Assembly (NCBI GenBank): GCA_964608725.1
Contig: CAZSPB010000002.1
Coordinates: forward strand, 31,234 to 95,233
Length of the DNA: 64,000 bases
Reading direction: 5' to 3'
Source of the DNA: an uncultured archaeon
GTDB taxonomy: Archaea; Aenigmatarchaeota; Aenigmatarchaeia; Aenigmatarchaeales; Aenigmatarchaeaceae
In this document: one piece after another, positions 9,290 through 17,697 of the stretch
Layout of the letters: the number at the start of each line of letters is the position of its first letter
How positions within the stretch are numbered: position 1 is the first letter of the stretch
The notes under the pieces: model-generated
Told to the model about the DNA's origin: nothing
The model's input: only the letters and a program-made list of their open reading frames with translations
Databases searched by the model: none
Translations under genes and position numbers: made by a program

Positions 9290-11136
9290 TCTACCACCGG
9301 TTTTATTGCTTTAGCAGGACATAATTGAGTACAAACAGCACAGCCTGTACAAATGTTTTTATTAATATAAAACTTACCTTTTTCTTTGTAAATTGCAGGG
9401 CATGCAAATTCATTTAAACAAATCCCACATTTTGTACATTTTTCTTGATCAATCTCAAATTTCACTATTTTTATTCCTTTCTTTTTCTTCTTTCTTGTTG
9501 CAAGAAGTTGACACTCTCTTTTAGCAACTATAACTGAAGTTTCATCTTTTTTCAAAAATTCTTTAATAGTTTTTATCATTTCTTTTAAGTTAAATGGGTC
9601 AACAACTTTAACATTTTTTATACCAAAAGATTTGGCTATATCTTCTATTGGAATAGCTTTTGTTTCTTCACCCATCCCTGTAATTCCAACACCTGGATTA
9701 GGTTGATGGCCTGTCATGGCAGTTATTCTATTATCTAAAACTATGATTAATTGTTTTGATTTATTGAAAACAGCATTGGCCATTCCAGGCATTCCTGCAT
9801 GGAAAAATGTAGAATCACCTAAAAAAGTTATAGTTTTTTGATTTGTAACTTTTCTTATACCATGAATTATACCTTCTGATGCACCCATAGAGAACATAAA
9901 ATCTTGAGTTTCTAGAGGAGGAAATATTCCAAGAATATAGCAGCCCACATCCCCACCAAAAATTGTATCTTTCCCAGAAGCAACTTTGGCTGCATAAAAT
10001 GTTGCTCTATGAGGACAACCTGGACACATCAAAGGAAACCTTTTTGGTATTTTTATTCTTTGATATTTTTTCTTATGAGAAAGTAAGTTTACAGCAAGTT
10101 TTTTACCTGTTATTTTGCTCAAAGCATTAACTATAATCTCTTCATCATATTCACCAGCATGAGGTAAATAACCTTTTCCAAGAACTTTCAACTTTGGATT
10201 TACATCTTTAGCAATAATTTTTACTTCATTTTCAACTATAGGTTCCAATTCTTCAACAACTAAAACTGCCTTTAATTTTTTGATAAAATTCTTAATTTTA
10301 TTTTCCGGTAAAGGGTAGGTAAAACTTAGTTTTAATATAGGAAGTTTTAGCTTGAGATCATCTAAAGCTTCTATAACATAGTTGAAAGAAACACCAGAAA
10401 CTATTATTCCCATTTTACTTTTATTTTCATTAACGAAATAATTCATTCCACTTTTGTCAGATAACCTTTTTAATTTCTCTAATTTGTTATGAAGTTCTTC
10501 GTGAGTTTTCATTATGTAAGGAGGGAAATTCTTAAATTTTATATCTTTTATGAATTTACCCTTTATTTTACCTTTTATAATTTTTCCAAGCTTTACAACA
10601 CCTTTCATATGGCTTACTCTTGTTGTAGTTCTTATGAAAAAAGGTATTCCAAATTTTTCTGAAAGCTTAAATGCATTTTTTGTAAAATCTTTGCATTCTT
10701 GTGCATCAGATGGTTCTAGCATAGGTAAATGAGCAATTCTTGCAAACAATCTTGTGTCTTCTTCACTTTGACCTGAACTATGACAGCTTGGATCATCTGC
10801 AACAACTATAACCATTCCAGCTTTTACACCAGTATACGCTAAAGGAAAAACACTCTCTGAAGCAACATTTAAACCGAAATGTTTGAAAGAAACTATTGAT
10901 CTTACGCCAGAAAGAGCAGCTCCTCCTGCAGCTTCCAAAGCAACTTTTTCATTTGAGCTATACTCAAAATAAATTCCTGCTTTTTTTGCAATTTTGGAAA
11001 ATGTATCTCCAATTTCAGAAGAAGGTGTTCCTGGATAAGTAGATGCAAATCCTACTCCAGCTTCTAAAGCTCCTCTTACTATAGCTTCATTACCTAACAA
11101 AAGTACTTTTTTTCCAGATTTTTCGAGTACTTTCAT
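9286..11136 (-). CDS. iorA: Indolepyruvate:ferredoxin oxidoreductase alpha subunit
   Basis: YPGTPSSE, NEKVALE, KHFGLNVA, CPGCPH, GDVGCY, GDSTFFH, DNRITAMTGHQP and a C-terminal 2x[4Fe-4S] domain. Confidence 0.96.
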   Translation of the reverse strand: MKVLEKSGKKVLLLGNEAIVRGALEAGVGFASTYPGTPSSEIGDTFSKIAKKAGIYFEYSSNEKVALEAAGGAALSGVRSIVSFKHFGLNVASESVFPLAYTGVKAGMVIVVADDPSCHSSGQSEEDTRLFARIAHLPMLEPSDAQECKDFTKNAFKLSEKFGIPFFIRTTTRVSHMKGVVKLGKIIKGKIKGKFIKDIKFKNFPPYIMKTHEELHNKLEKLKRLSDKSGMNYFVNENKSKMGIIVSGVSFNYVIEALDDLKLKLPILKLSFTYPLPENKIKNFIKKLKAVLVVEELEPIVENEVKIIAKDVNPKLKVLGKGYLPHAGEYDEEIIVNALSKITGKKLAVNLLSHKKKYQRIKIPKRFPLMCPGCPHRATFYAAKVASGKDTIFGGDVGCYILGIFPPLETQDFMFSMGASEGIIHGIRKVTNQKTITFLGDSTFFHAGMPGMANAVFNKSKQLIIVLDNRITAMTGHQPNPGVGITGMGEETKAIPIEDIAKSFGIKNVKVVDPFNLKEMIKTIKEFLKKDETSVIVAKRECQLLATRKKKKKGIKIVKFEIDQEKCTKCGICLNEFACPAIYKEKGKFYINKNICTGCAVCTQLCPAKAIKPVVE

Positions 11137-12320
11137 TTCATCCTCCTCTTAATTATTTTAGCTAACCTCTTTATACCAATTTCTATCTTATCATCATCTG
11201 TATTGCTGAAATTTAAACGCATTTCATTATAACCTTTTCCATCAACACAAAATGCTGCACCATGAACATAAGCAACTTTTTCTTTTATAGCTTCTTTAAA
11301 CAATTTTTTTGAATTAATATTTCCTGGTAGTTTTACCCAAAGAAACATACCTCCATTAGGTTTTGTCCATTTTGTACCTTTTGGAAAATATTTTTTCAGA
11401 GCTTTAAGCATAATATCCCTTTTCTTCTTATACATTTTTCTTATTTTTGGTATTTGTTTATCTATTAATCCAGAAATTATGTACTCATAAGCTATATATT
11501 GAACAAAAGTGTTTGTGCACAAATCAACTCCTTGTTTTGCAATCACCATTTTTCTTATTATTTCTTTATTACCAATAGCCCATCCAAGTCTAAAACCTGG
11601 AGAAAGAATTTTCGAAAATGTGCTAGTGTAAATTACAATACCATTTTTATCAAATTTCTTTATGGGAGGAAGAGGTTTTCCTGAATATCTTAATTCAGAG
11701 TAAGGATCGTCTTCGAGAATTATTAGGTCATATCTCTCAGCTATTTCAAGTAAATGTTTTCTCCTTTCTAAAGACATCGTTATACCTGTAGGATTCTGAA
11801 AAGTTGGCACAGTGTAAATGAATTTTATTCTTTCCCTTTTTTTGATTTTTTTCAGCTTTTTCTCTAATTCATCCGTTTTCATTCCATTTTCATCCATAGA
11901 AATTGGAATGTATCTTGGTTGGTAAGCATTAAAAGCAGTTAACGCACCTACGTAAGTTGGAGATTCTATTACTATGAAATCATTAGGATTTATTAAAATT
12001 TTTGGAACTAAATCCAAAACTTGTTGGGAGCCTGTGGTAATTATGATTTCTTCTCTTTTACATTTTATTCCTTTCTTTCTCATCCTTTTTATTAAAGCAT
12101 CTCGTAATAATCCAAAACCTTCTGTAGGGCCATATTGTAAGGCTATTTTTCCATGTTTTAGTTCTACATCATCTGTTAACTTATCTATCATCTTGAGAGG
12201 AAAAGAATGAGGGCTTGGCATCCCACCTCCAAAAGAAATTATTTCAGGTTTTTCTGTAATTTTTAGTAGTTCCCTAATCTCAGAAGCTTTCATCATTTTA
12301 GTTCTCTTTGCATAACGCAT
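11133..12320 (-). CDS. PLP-dependent class I/II aminotransferase (aromatic / 2-aminoadipate type)
   Basis: ISFGGGMP, YGPTEG, PTFQNPTG, EDDPY and FSKILSPGFRLG (PLP lysine). Overlaps the iorA start. Confidence 0.92.
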   Translation of the reverse strand: MRYAKRTKMMKASEIRELLKITEKPEIISFGGGMPSPHSFPLKMIDKLTDDVELKHGKIALQYGPTEGFGLLRDALIKRMRKKGIKCKREEIIITTGSQQVLDLVPKILINPNDFIVIESPTYVGALTAFNAYQPRYIPISMDENGMKTDELEKKLKKIKKRERIKFIYTVPTFQNPTGITMSLERRKHLLEIAERYDLIILEDDPYSELRYSGKPLPPIKKFDKNGIVIYTSTFSKILSPGFRLGWAIGNKEIIRKMVIAKQGVDLCTNTFVQYIAYEYIISGLIDKQIPKIRKMYKKKRDIMLKALKKYFPKGTKWTKPNGGMFLWVKLPGNINSKKLFKEAIKEKVAYVHGAAFCVDGKGYNEMRLNFSNTDDDKIEIGIKRLAKIIKRRMK

Positions 12321-12379
12321 AATATCATATTTAAAGAAGTTAAATAAAAGCTTTTTCCTAAAAAGAAAGAAAGGGGAGG

Positions 12380-12571
12380 CTACTGTGAAAGCAAAGCATT
12401 TTCTACTTCTTCTTCAGTCATGTTCGCAATGGCATTTTCCATCTCTTCTTCTATAGTAGTATAAGCTATTTCTTCTGGACTTTTAAATTGTGGTGCTGGT
12501 CTTGGTAAAAAGTAAATGGCAATAGATAGTATTATGATCACAACAACAAGGGCTATTATTACTCTTTTCAT
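12380..12571 (-). CDS. Small single-pass membrane protein
   Basis: 63 aa with N-terminal TM helix and acidic tail; co-oriented 8 bp after 12580-13380. Confidence 0.65.
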   Translation of the reverse strand: MKRVIIALVVVIIILSIAIYFLPRPAPQFKSPEEIAYTTIEEEMENAIANMTEEEVENALLSQ

Positions 12572-12579
12572 TTAACCAC

Positions 12580-13380
12580 CTAACTCACTGTTACATTAAC
12601 TTCTGTTTCATTTCCTATTCTTTTGACCTTTATTATCCTCTTTATAACTTTGCATTTTTCTGGATATTTCAAGCAGAAGTTTTCCGCTTTTACTTTCACA
12701 TATCTGCAAGCTAATGAAGTTGGATGTTCTTTGCAATAGTTTTTAATAGCTATTCTACATCTTGAATCATTCAAATGAGTTATACAATATTTCTTTAAAA
12801 TCTCTTTACATCTTACATCTTCAGGATTATTCTGACAATATTGTTCTATTTTTGTTCTACAATTTGGATCTCTTGGATGCTCTCTACAATAATCTGAAAC
12901 TTTTTCTCTTAGTTCAATAGGCCTTATTGGTCTACGAGCTTCAAGTATATAAATGTAAAATGTTTCTTTTTCTAATTGCAAAGTTCCGAACCATATTGTT
13001 GTATCATCTTTAGTCACTGAACTAACATCTAAAGAACCAACTTTTGTATCATTAAGGTATAAATCCCCTGTAACACTTTCATTACCAATTTCTAAATTTT
13101 TTAGTCTATATCTTTCGCCATCAAGGAACAAAACACCTACTGTTAACTCCGTTTCTTCTCCTGCCCATGAAACTCTCACTATTCCAACACCAGCTTTCAC
13201 TAATTTGAAATTCAATGGGTCTTCAGGTGTAATTGCAACACCCCTACCTAAAAAGCCTATGAGTTTTATGTAAGGTTTTGGTAATCCTTGTTGCCCTATT
13301 AAAGGTTGGGCCATTGTTGGTACTGCTATAAGTAAGCTTACCAATCCAACTATTATTTTATTTGGTTTCATTTTCATCAC
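12580..13380 (-). CDS. Secreted protein with a tandem Cys-x8-Cys repeat domain
   Basis: Signal peptide, beta-rich N domain, then about five repeats of mostly 17 aa of the form [YF]C-x8-C. Confidence 0.75.
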   Translation of the reverse strand: MMKMKPNKIIVGLVSLLIAVPTMAQPLIGQQGLPKPYIKLIGFLGRGVAITPEDPLNFKLVKAGVGIVRVSWAGEETELTVGVLFLDGERYRLKNLEIGNESVTGDLYLNDTKVGSLDVSSVTKDDTTIWFGTLQLEKETFYIYILEARRPIRPIELREKVSDYCREHPRDPNCRTKIEQYCQNNPEDVRCKEILKKYCITHLNDSRCRIAIKNYCKEHPTSLACRYVKVKAENFCLKYPEKCKVIKRIIKVKRIGNETEVNVTVS

Positions 13381-13393
13381 AAAAAATAATAAT

Positions 13394-13438
13394 TTGTTTC
13401 ATTGATATAAAATTTTCTTGAAACAATTTGAAACAATT
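13394..13438. promoter_or_regulatory. Candidate operator: tandem TTGAAACAATT repeats plus an inverted copy around a TATA-like box
   Basis: TGAAACAA at 13419-13426 and 13429-13436 (10-bp period); inverted TTGTTTCA at 13394-13401; minus-strand TTTTATATCA at 13403-13412. Confidence 0.6.
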
Positions 13439-14285
13439 ACTTTTTCCAGAAAATTTTATTTGTTCTACCAATTTTCTTTCTTTCTATCAATTTTTTTGTT
13501 TCTAGTTTTTTGCATATTCTTGTCATTTTAGCTCTTGAAAATTTAAGTTCCTTTTCAAGTTTGTTTTGATATGCTACTTTCCTTTTCATCAAAATGTTTA
13601 TCAATTTTTTCTCATCTTCTGAAAAACCTTTTAAAAATTCTTTTCTTACTTTGTGCCTATAATAGTTTGTAATGATTAAAATAAGGAAAATTGAAATTGG
13701 AATGAATAAAAAAATCAATTCCATTTTATACGGGTTATAAAATTGAATTGAAATTGGTATTTCATCTTTCCAATTTTCAAAATTCCATTTTAAGTATATT
13801 CTTTTCCCATCACTTTCTATTTTAACATTATCAGGAGATATCATGTTTCTGTAAATTACAAAACCTTCAGGAAGAGCAATACTTATAGAAAATTTTTCTA
13901 ATGTTTGTGGTGGTTTGAAAATTGTGAAGAACTGAAAAACATTTTCATGAGAAAATATTAAATCTTTTGTTGTAAATGATATGAATAACTTTTTTGTTCC
14001 ATTAGGTATCGTAAAACTTATCTTATTTTCTTCACCTATTTTTTTTATTGTATAATCAAGTTCTTTCAAACTGTTATTTATTTTAAGATTACTTATTTCG
14101 CCTGTAGTAATGTAGCTGAGCTCTGTTTGATTCAAACTTTCGGAAAATGTTATTTCTAGTAGTTCATTTACAATTAAATTTTGAGAGATGCTAAACTCTA
14201 AATTATATTCTTGAATTTCATAAGCTTTTGTTAAATGAGAAAATAATAAAAATGAAATAAATAAGAGTAATATCTTAATACCCAT
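13437..14285 (-). CDS. Membrane-anchored transcriptional regulator-like protein (COG2512/DUF7343 type): signal peptide, extracellular domain, TM helix, C-terminal wHTH
   Basis: C-terminal FSEDEKKLINILMKRK..YQNKLEKELKFSRAKMTRICKKLETKKLIERKKIGRTNKI. Confidence 0.8.
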   Translation of the reverse strand: MGIKILLLFISFLLFSHLTKAYEIQEYNLEFSISQNLIVNELLEITFSESLNQTELSYITTGEISNLKINNSLKELDYTIKKIGEENKISFTIPNGTKKLFISFTTKDLIFSHENVFQFFTIFKPPQTLEKFSISIALPEGFVIYRNMISPDNVKIESDGKRIYLKWNFENWKDEIPISIQFYNPYKMELIFLFIPISIFLILIITNYYRHKVRKEFLKGFSEDEKKLINILMKRKVAYQNKLEKELKFSRAKMTRICKKLETKKLIERKKIGRTNKIFWKK

Positions 14286-14324
14286 AATATTTAATATAAC
14301 AATAAAATTAATATTAGTGAAAGA

Positions 14325-14837
14325 ATGGGCCTAATTTATCTTTACACAGGAACAGGAGCAGGAAAGACAACAAATGCTTTAGGTTTAGCTTTAAGAATGG
14401 TTGCTCATAAAAGAAAAGTTATTATAATACAATTTATGAAATGGTGGAAGAAAACAGGAGAATATAAGATAAGAAAAAAACTTGCCCCTTATTATGAAAT
14501 TTATCAATTTGGTAGAAAAGGCTGGATAGGTTTGAAAAATCTTGATGAGAGAGATAAAAAATTAGCTAAAAAAGCTTTGGATTTTGCAAAAAAAATTGTG
14601 AAAGAGAAAAAACCAAACCTTCTTGTTCTTGATGAAATAAATTTAGCTTTGCATTGTAAACTTCTTGATTTAAATGAAGTTTTAGATTTTTTAGATAACA
14701 TTCCAAAAAAGACACACGTTGTCTTAACTGGAAGATACGCTCCTAAAAAGTTGATAAAAAAAGCTGATTTTGTTAATGAAATAATAGATTTAAAACATCC
14801 CAAGAAAATACCTACAACAAAAGGAATACAATATTAA
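14325..14837 (+). CDS. cobO: ATP:cob(I)alamin adenosyltransferase (CobO/BtuR type)
   Basis: YTGTGAGKTT, IQFMK, LVLDEI and VLTGR motifs. Confidence 0.9.
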   Translation: MGLIYLYTGTGAGKTTNALGLALRMVAHKRKVIIIQFMKWWKKTGEYKIRKKLAPYYEIYQFGRKGWIGLKNLDERDKKLAKKALDFAKKIVKEKKPNLLVLDEINLALHCKLLDLNEVLDFLDNIPKKTHVVLTGRYAPKKLIKKADFVNEIIDLKHPKKIPTTKGIQY

Positions 14838-14875
14838 AGATTATATTTAAATATGTTATATTTTAATAAAGTTAT

Positions 14876-15871
14876 ATGTCTGAGAATGAAAAAGAAGAAA
14901 CAAAATCAAAAATACCCAAAATAATTAACATATGGAAAATAACCACAATAATTCTTATTCTCATTCTTTTCATTTTACTTGGCGCTCAACTAACAGGAAT
15001 GTTTTTATCTAAAAGCTATTTAACAAGTCAAGAGGCTGGAGAAAAAGCTTTGAAATATATAAATGATAATTTTGTAAAACCAGGAACTCAAGCTTCTCTT
15101 GTTTCAGTTAAAGAAATGAGTGATATTTACAATGTTACTATTTCTTACATGAATAGAAGTGTACCAGTCTACATAACAAAAGATGGAAATTACCTTTTTG
15201 TTTATCCTCCTTTTAATACGGCTGAAAATTTACAAAGAGAAGAAGAACAACCTCCTCAAAAATTTGATGCACCAGATAGGGAAAAACCTAATGTAAAGTT
15301 TTTTGTGATGAGTTTTTGTCCTTATGGTAATCAAGCTGAGAATGCTTTAGGGCCAGTTTTTAAGTTATTCAAGAATAAAGTTGAGTGGGAACCCCATTAT
15401 GTGATTTATTCAAATTATGGCGGTTATCCAGATTATTGTCTTGACGAAGAAGAAAAATATTGTTCTATGCATGGTATTCAAGAGTTAAATGAAGATGTGA
15501 GAGAGCTTTGTATTTGGAAATACTATGATCACTCAACTTGGTGGGATTTTGTTCTTCAAATAAACGAAAACTGTAATGCAAGAAATGTAGATACTTGTTG
15601 GGTGCCTATTGCTAAAAGGCTTGGAATAGACACAGAAAAGATTAAAAATTGTCAGAAGACTGAAGCTATAAACCTTTTAGATGAAGAAATTAGATTAAAT
15701 CAAAAATATGGTGTTAGAGGTTCTCCTACTGTTTTTATAAATGATGTTTCTTATAATGGTGCTAGAACGCCAGAAGCTTATAAACAAGCAATTTGTTCAG
15801 GTTTTGTAACAGAACCTGAAGAATGTAGCAAAACTTTAAGCACTACTGGTTCAGCTTCTGGGCAATGCTAA
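14876..15871 (+). CDS. Membrane-anchored DsbA/thioredoxin-fold protein with a CPYG site
   Basis: N-terminal TM helix, FFVMSFCPYG, GVRGSPTVFIN (cis-Pro loop) and many additional Cys. Confidence 0.75.
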   Translation: MSENEKEETKSKIPKIINIWKITTIILILILFILLGAQLTGMFLSKSYLTSQEAGEKALKYINDNFVKPGTQASLVSVKEMSDIYNVTISYMNRSVPVYITKDGNYLFVYPPFNTAENLQREEEQPPQKFDAPDREKPNVKFFVMSFCPYGNQAENALGPVFKLFKNKVEWEPHYVIYSNYGGYPDYCLDEEEKYCSMHGIQELNEDVRELCIWKYYDHSTWWDFVLQINENCNARNVDTCWVPIAKRLGIDTEKIKNCQKTEAINLLDEEIRLNQKYGVRGSPTVFINDVSYNGARTPEAYKQAICSGFVTEPEECSKTLSTTGSASGQC

Positions 15872-16188
15872 CCAAGATTCTTTTCTATCCATTCTCTTAC
15901 ATACTCTTCTGGTAATGTACCAATGAACTCATCTACAATCCTACCATCTTTAAACAATTTTACATTAGGTATTCCTCTTATATTATAAATTTCTACTAAC
16001 TTAGGATTTTCATCAATGTTAATTTTAGCTAAAATGAACTTGTACTCTTCAGTAAGTTTTTTTAATATAGGTTCTAACAAGAAACATGGCTCACACCACT
16101 CAGCCCAAAAATCAACAATTACTGGAACATTCTTAGATCGTTCTATTACCTTTTCTCTAAAATTTTTTTCATTAACTTCAATATGCAC
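15868..16188 (-). CDS. trxA: Thioredoxin
   Basis: VDFWAEWCEPC and IRGIP motifs. Confidence 0.9.
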   Translation of the reverse strand: MHIEVNEKNFREKVIERSKNVPVIVDFWAEWCEPCFLLEPILKKLTEEYKFILAKINIDENPKLVEIYNIRGIPNVKLFKDGRIVDEFIGTLPEEYVREWIEKNLG

Positions 16189-16703
16189 TAGTATACCTCC
16201 TTATGAACTATGTCATCAATTTTTCTTCTTGATGTTTTTAAAGGTTTTTCAGCAGGATAACCAATAGGAAGTATGGCAACTGGTTTTAAATCTTTTGATG
16301 CTTCAATTACTTTTCTAACTTCATCTTCATCAAATGAACCAACCCATACACTTCCCAAACCTAGAGCTGTTGCTGCTAATTGAGCATAAGAAGCTGCTAT
16401 AGTCGCATCTTGCTGAGAGTAAAATTTGCCTTTTTCGCCATATCTCCATGCCCTCTTAAAATTTGCACAAAAAACTAGAACTAAAGGAGCTTCTTTTATG
16501 AATTCTTGGCCATAAGCTGCATTCACTAATTTTTCTTTTCTTTTTTGAGTTTCAACCAAAATTATTTCATAAGATTGAAGGTTTCCAGCAGAAGGTGCTC
16601 TGTTTACAGCTTCTAACAATTTTCTAATTTTTTCTTCTTCAATTTTTTTATTTTTAAATTTTCTAATAGACCTTCTTTTCTCAATTACATCAAAGAATTC
16701 CAT
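16188..16703 (-). CDS. Nitroreductase family protein
   Basis: RRSIRKF, APSAGNLQ and LGLGSVWVG motifs. Confidence 0.92.
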   Translation of the reverse strand: MEFFDVIEKRRSIRKFKNKKIEEEKIRKLLEAVNRAPSAGNLQSYEIILVETQKRKEKLVNAAYGQEFIKEAPLVLVFCANFKRAWRYGEKGKFYSQQDATIAASYAQLAATALGLGSVWVGSFDEDEVRKVIEASKDLKPVAILPIGYPAEKPLKTSRRKIDDIVHKEVY

Positions 16704-16712
16704 ACTCTAAAT

Positions 16713-16922
16713 TTATTTCTTTTTATTAATAACTTTATTTAATTCTTTTAAAAGTGATTTTAAATCTATCCCATGAGAAATTGCTCCTTGTTCAAGAGTC
16801 TCATTATATGCAATATGACACATTGCACAAGGTAATCCATATTTTAGAAATACTTCTATAGTTTGAGGATACTTTCTAACTATCTCTGCTAACAACATAT
16901 TTTTTGTTATTTTTCTTTTCAT
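16713..16922 (-). CDS. DUF1858 domain protein (HCP-associated redox/disulfide domain)
   Basis: ITKNMLLAEIV..YP..IEVF..YGLPCAMC...ETLEQGAISHGID. Start set at ATG 16922 (TAATG overlap). Confidence 0.85.
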   Translation of the reverse strand: MKRKITKNMLLAEIVRKYPQTIEVFLKYGLPCAMCHIAYNETLEQGAISHGIDLKSLLKELNKVINKKK

Positions 16923-17140
16923 TATTTCACATGAATGCATTCAACGGGACAAGTGTTAGCTGCATCTTTATTACAACCTGCATCCTTAACTTCCAATTCA
17001 TAAACTTTTCCTTTCTTTTTTGAACCTTTTAAATGAGATTTTCCATCATCTTTCATTTCCCAAAATTTTGGACACACTGCAACACAAGCACCACAGCCTA
17101 TACACTTTTCCCTTTCATGTGTTATCTTAACCATACTCAT
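16922..17140 (-). CDS. Monocluster ferredoxin
   Basis: CIGCGACVAVCP ... AANTCPVECI. Confidence 0.93.
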   Translation of the reverse strand: MSMVKITHEREKCIGCGACVAVCPKFWEMKDDGKSHLKGSKKKGKVYELEVKDAGCNKDAANTCPVECIHVK

Positions 17141-17174
17141 GTTTTAGAACTTTTCTCTATTTAAATTTTAACTA

Positions 17175-17693
17175 TTACTTTTTCTCTCTTAAAATACTTT
17201 TTTCAAGTTTCAAAAATTCTTTATGTTGTTTTTCTAATTTTTTTATAGTTTTTACAATTCTCTCATGCTTTCTTTTCAGTTTTTCAGGTATTGACAAATT
17301 GTTTTTGAGAAAGTAATCATATATTGCCTCATGTAAGGCATCAACAGCCAAGACAGAACAATGAATTTTTATAGGTGGTAATGGCCCAGATTTTTTCAAG
17401 ATATCATCTTTTGTTATTTTTATAGCTTCTTCTATTGTTTTGCCTTTCACGATCTCTGTTAACATACTGCTTACTCCTATCGCTACTATACAACCAAAAG
17501 TTTGGAATTTTATATCTGAAATTTTTTTCTTTCCTTTCTTATCCTCCTTAACTTTAATATAAAGTTTCATCACGTCTCCGCAAATTAAATTCCCTGCCTC
17601 ACCAATTCCATCAGCATTTTTTATAATTCCAACATTCTTGGGATTCTTGAAGTGTCTTATTACTTCTTTAGGATAAGGTAATTTGAATTTCAA
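17175..17693 (-). CDS. iscU: Fe-S scaffold protein IscU/NifU
   Basis: HFKNPKN, GNLICGD, FGC and KIHCSVLA motifs. TTG start with GGAGT SD. Confidence 0.93.
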   Translation of the reverse strand: MKFKLPYPKEVIRHFKNPKNVGIIKNADGIGEAGNLICGDVMKLYIKVKEDKKGKKKISDIKFQTFGCIVAIGVSSMLTEIVKGKTIEEAIKITKDDILKKSGPLPPIKIHCSVLAVDALHEAIYDYFLKNNLSIPEKLKRKHERIVKTIKKLEKQHKEFLKLEKSILREKK

Positions 17694-17697
17694 AATC

